In this document: positions 60,718 through 64,000 of the stretch, piece after piece
Position numbering within the stretch: position 1 is the first letter of the stretch
Layout of the letters: every line of letters starts with the position of its first letter
From: Planctomycetota bacterium
GTDB taxonomy: Bacteria; Planctomycetota; SZUA-567; H5-PLA8
Assembly (NCBI GenBank): GCA_038227875.1
Contig: JBBRPR010000012.1
Span: 96,001-160,000 of the forward strand
Length of the DNA stretch: 64,000 bases
Direction of reading: 5' to 3'
The notes under the pieces: model-generated
Told to the model about the DNA's origin: nothing
The model's database searches: none
The model's input: the letters and a program-made list of their open reading frames with translations, nothing else
Position numbers and translations under genes: made by a program

Positions 60718-63700
60718 TCAGGCCACGGGCCCGGCACTCACGACTTTCATCGATTCTTCCGCCGCCAGCGCGTAGGCGGACTGCTCCTGCTTGCTCAGGC
60801 TGCGCCAATGCATCAGGTACGTGCGCAGTTTTTCGAGGAACGGTTTGTTGGTCGTGACCCAGTTGGTGTCCTGACCCGAAACTCGAACCGTCGTGAGCAT
60901 GATGCCATAGGATTGTACGCGCTCATCGTACGCAGCGGTGAAGGTCACCCGTTGCGTTACGCCAAGATCAAAAGGAGCGAGTGCCAGGTCGTACGAGAGC
61001 GAGTACGTGTCGCGGCCCTTGTCGTCCTTGCCTTTGTTGCGCGAGGGATGCGACGCGATCAGATCGCCCATCGACGCTTCGGTAAAGCGCGCGAAGTATT
61101 CTTCCAGGTAGCCGACGACACCGCTGACGACTTCCGGGTGATAGATGAAGGGGAACGTGGTCTTCATGGTGTGGCCATCGTGTTCGGGGAACGACCATTT
61201 GCGTTTTCCTGACGGCACTGCCGCACGGGTCGCCACGATGGCGGGATAGAGCGTCGAAACCAGAACCATCGAAATGGTGAAGAGGATCACGTAGATGACC
61301 TTCAGCGACGCGAAGTTGAGGTCGATGCCGGTGATGCCCAGATGAATCAGCAGGATGCTTAAGAACTGCCCGATCAGATACCCGCCCACCGAACCGACAA
61401 TGCCATACACAAATGCTTCGGAAAGAAAGAACATGCCGATGTGATTGGGATTGAGTCCGATCGCGTTGTAGATCGCGATCTCCCGTTTGCGTTCGAAGAC
61501 GGAGCCGAGCATGGTGTTGAGAATGATCGTGCCGGAGATCAGCAGCGGAATGATCAGCGAGGCGAGATTGCCGACGGCGGTTTTGAATCCCGAGCCGATG
61601 TAGTATACGCCGGAGCTCATCGTCTGGGCGTCGTTGCCTTTTGTGGTTTGGTCTTCCGAGCCGCTGGCTTTAAACGGAGCCTGGCTGGCGATATAGAAAT
61701 TCGCCTGCGTCTCTGTGAGCAGGTGGAGCACGTTCTTCCAGACGTCCTGGTTTTCGGCGTTGAAGCGGATTGAAATGCTGTACGGTGTCGCGCCCATGCG
61801 CTCGGCGCGTTCGACCGGCAGGATCAACATGGTCGACGTGTCGTTGTACAACCCGGTCTGATCCTTAGCCGCGCCGGCTTCGCCGCCAGCACCGGGGACA
61901 GCCGCCGGATCCGCAGCGCCTTCCTTCTGCGGCACGAGCAGGTATCCATCGATGTCCTTCATGCGACGGAAAGATTCGTCGTCGACGATGCCGGCGACCG
62001 TGAAATCGACGTCGCGGAAATGAATTTTTGCCGTGGCGATGTTCTCTTTGGTGATGCCGAGCACTTCGGCGATGCTGTTGGGGATGAGCACTTCGTCGGC
62101 GCGGTCGGACGTGAAGTAATGTCCCGCCAGCAGCGGCATGCGGCCGAGGAATCCGTCTTCGAGCATGGACAGACCGAGCACCGATTCGATGCGCACCGTT
62201 TTGCCGCTCGGCGCTTCGGCAACAAAGGGCTGAACCATGCGGTCGTACTGCGCCTGTAGCATCCAGCGCCGGACATTGATGTCGCCCTTGCCGTAGAACA
62301 TTTCGCGGAAGGCGGTGAGCGATGCTTCGTCCATGCGCTTGCCGGGCCAATGGTACATCAACCCGGTGTACGGCGGAATATCTTTAGAGACCGAAACGGT
62401 GGTGGGGCTCATCGTCTGCGAAATGCTGGTGAACGAAAGCATGGTGAACGTGATCAGGACAATCGTTGCCGTGGTCAGCGCCGTGCGCACACGGCGGCGG
62501 CGCATGTTGTTGACGCCGATCAGCATCGCTTTCTGCCCGACGGTGCCGTAGCCGACGTCCGCGCCGTCGTGGCCGGCGAAATTCTGGAAGAGCAACGTCA
62601 TCTCGCCTTCAAAACGGCCGTGCAGAATCTTGACGACAAAGGTGGCCAGGCCCCCCATTACAAAGGCGATAAGAATCCCTTCCGGTGCCTTGGCGATGGC
62701 GAACGCGGGATGGATTTCGCGGAAGAGCACGTATGCGAGCACGAACAGACCGAAGAACGCGCCGATCTGCGCTTCGATCTTGACCACGTTGAAGAGCAGT
62801 TTCTGCATGAAGAAACAGAAGGGTAGAATCAGCGCCATGTAGAAAATCACGCCGCGGAGCATGTCGTTTGTGGTGCCGGCCAGTTGCAGATAGGCCTGGC
62901 GTTCGGCGCCCATCGCCGTGTGCTGTGCCTGCAGGTAGGCGGTGTAATCGTTGGCCTTGCGCTTAGCGGCGGCTTCGTCCAGATGCGCTTTGCCCTGTTT
63001 CATGAAATCGCTGGCCAGCTCAATCGAGACGCCGTGCAGACGGCCCAGGCGGAAACGGTTGAGCGCATCGAGATCGCGGGCGGCCGCGGCGAAGTAATCG
63101 GGACCAAGTTGTTGCGGCGAATCGTAGCCGATGCCTTCGGGCTGTTCGGTCGTGGAATTCAGTGCAGGGACTTGCGTCAGAATCTTTACGCTGGCGGCGG
63201 TCGGATCGATATAGAGGGAGCCTGGAAAGGAGGACGTCGGGATCGCGGTGGTGTAACGTTTGCCGGAACCGCCGAGCACCAATCCGCTCGCCCCCATTTT
63301 CTGAGGCGGAGATTCGCGCTTGCCGTCGAGAGGCCTGAAGTCGGTCACGGCAATCGGAGAAACGGCGATCAGCGCCGGATTATCACGCGTCAGAATTGGA
63401 AACTCGCGGCACTGGAACATCACGAACGACTGACTGGTCAAATTCATCGCGAAGTTCGAGGTCAGCGTCGCTTCCTTTTCACCGCCGTCGACAGTTTGCA
63501 GCACCTCGCGGTAGTCCTTGTCCATTTGAAAGGCGTTGTTGAGTACGTGAACTACGTAGTGATTGATGCAATAGAAGGTGACGGTGGCTCGTTCGTCGGT
63601 CAATTGGCTGTAGGCCTGCACGACATCGCCAACAACGGCTTGCGCGACACTGACGTTGCGCAGTTGGACAAACGCATTGGATACGAGAACTTCAGGTAGC

Positions 63701-64000
63701 ACCGCCGAAGAAAATTTATCGAACTGCAGCGTCTTAATCTGCAACGGCCAGGCTGTGCGCCCGTTCGGATTGGGTTTGCCCAGTCCGGAAACATCCGTGG
63801 CGAGCATGCTGCGCAGCAATTCCTGGACGTACGCCGACTGGCTTCCGACAATCTGCGCATCGAGGCGGCTAAACGTATCCTCAGGTGTGAAAATGCGGTC
63901 GCCAAAGGCGAAGACGTCGAGCAGCGCGAGCGCGGGCGTTTTCTGGCTGGTCTGGATGTACATGAGATCGCCGGGCGCCGCGAAGTAGTAACTCTCCGGC
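60718..64000 (-). CDS. Large FtsX/MacB-like permease with big extracytoplasmic domains (5' end beyond window)
   Basis: NNMRRRRVRTALT, LNTMLGSVFERKREIAIYNAIGLNP, LYPAIVA; frame stays open to the window edge. Confidence 0.82.
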   Translation of the reverse strand, partial: PESYYFAAPGDLMYIQTSQKTPALALLDVFAFGDRIFTPEDTFSRLDAQIVGSQSAYVQELLRSMLATDVSGLGKPNPNGRTAWPLQIKTLQFDKFSSAVLPEVLVSNAFVQLRNVSVAQAVVGDVVQAYSQLTDERATVTFYCINHYVVHVLNNAFQMDKDYREVLQTVDGGEKEATLTSNFAMNLTSQSFVMFQCREFPILTRDNPALIAVSPIAVTDFRPLDGKRESPPQKMGASGLVLGGSGKRYTTAIPTSSFPGSLYIDPTAASVKILTQVPALNSTTEQPEGIGYDSPQQLGPDYFAAAARDLDALNRFRLGRLHGVSIELASDFMKQGKAHLDEAAAKRKANDYTAYLQAQHTAMGAERQAYLQLAGTTNDMLRGVIFYMALILPFCFFMQKLLFNVVKIEAQIGAFFGLFVLAYVLFREIHPAFAIAKAPEGILIAFVMGGLATFVVKILHGRFEGEMTLLFQNFAGHDGADVGYGTVGQKAMLIGVNNMRRRRVRTALTTATIVLITFTMLSFTSISQTMSPTTVSVSKDIPPYTGLMYHWPGKRMDEASLTAFREMFYGKGDINVRRWMLQAQYDRMVQPFVAEAPSGKTVRIESVLGLSMLEDGFLGRMPLLAGHYFTSDRADEVLIPNSIAEVLGITKENIATAKIHFRDVDFTVAGIVDDESFRRMKDIDGYLLVPQKEGAADPAAVPGAGGEAGAAKDQTGLYNDTSTMLILPVERAERMGATPYSISIRFNAENQDVWKNVLHLLTETQANFYIASQAPFKASGSEDQTTKGNDAQTMSSGVYYIGSGFKTAVGNLASLIIPLLISGTIILNTMLGSVFERKREIAIYNAIGLNPNHIGMFFLSEAFVYGIVGSVGGYLIGQFLSILLIHLGITGIDLNFASLKVIYVILFTISMVLVSTLYPAIVATRAAVPSGKRKWSFPEHDGHTMKTTFPFIYHPEVVSGVVGYLEEYFARFTEASMGDLIASHPSRNKGKDDKGRDTYSLSYDLALAPFDLGVTQRVTFTAAYDERVQSYGIMLTTVRVSGQDTNWVTTNKPFLEKLRTYLMHWRSLSKQEQSAYALAAEESMKVVSAGPVA

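Overview
GC-rich bacterial chromosomal window. The gene repertoire (membrane Ser/Thr kinase, HEAT, NPCBM and pseudopilin-motif proteins, partial dcw cluster) suggests Planctomycetota or a related PVC lineage; this is inference. Housekeeping and metabolic genes: clpP (partial), a NifU-domain protein, an aldehyde dehydrogenase, obgE, carB, ugd, and a short division/cell-wall cluster (mraZ, small ORF, rsmH, ftsL-like, ftsI, murE, murF). Accessory genes: an E1alpha/beta-E2-ACP cassette, two ABC exporter modules, a degenerate dynamin-like GTPase, an orphan ParB-like protein, a CaMKII-hub-like protein beside a kinase, a frameshifted PhyH-type dioxygenase with an AraC regulator, and a large uncharacterised FtsX/OPT-like/DUF6785-like membrane operon running off the right edge. 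I saw no rRNA, tRNA, CRISPR array, integrase or transposase. The most unusual signal is non-coding: a ~300-bp element bounded by inverted repeats (508-805) packed with different palindromes, a second inverted partial copy (54027-54248) in which stems are conserved and spacers vary, and solo members of the same 26-bp ACC...GGT palindrome frame at 11154 and 38409. Also notable: two REPIN-like pairs bracketing a compositionally mosaic gene, and a heptamer repeat present both in an intergenic region and in-frame in an enzyme linker.
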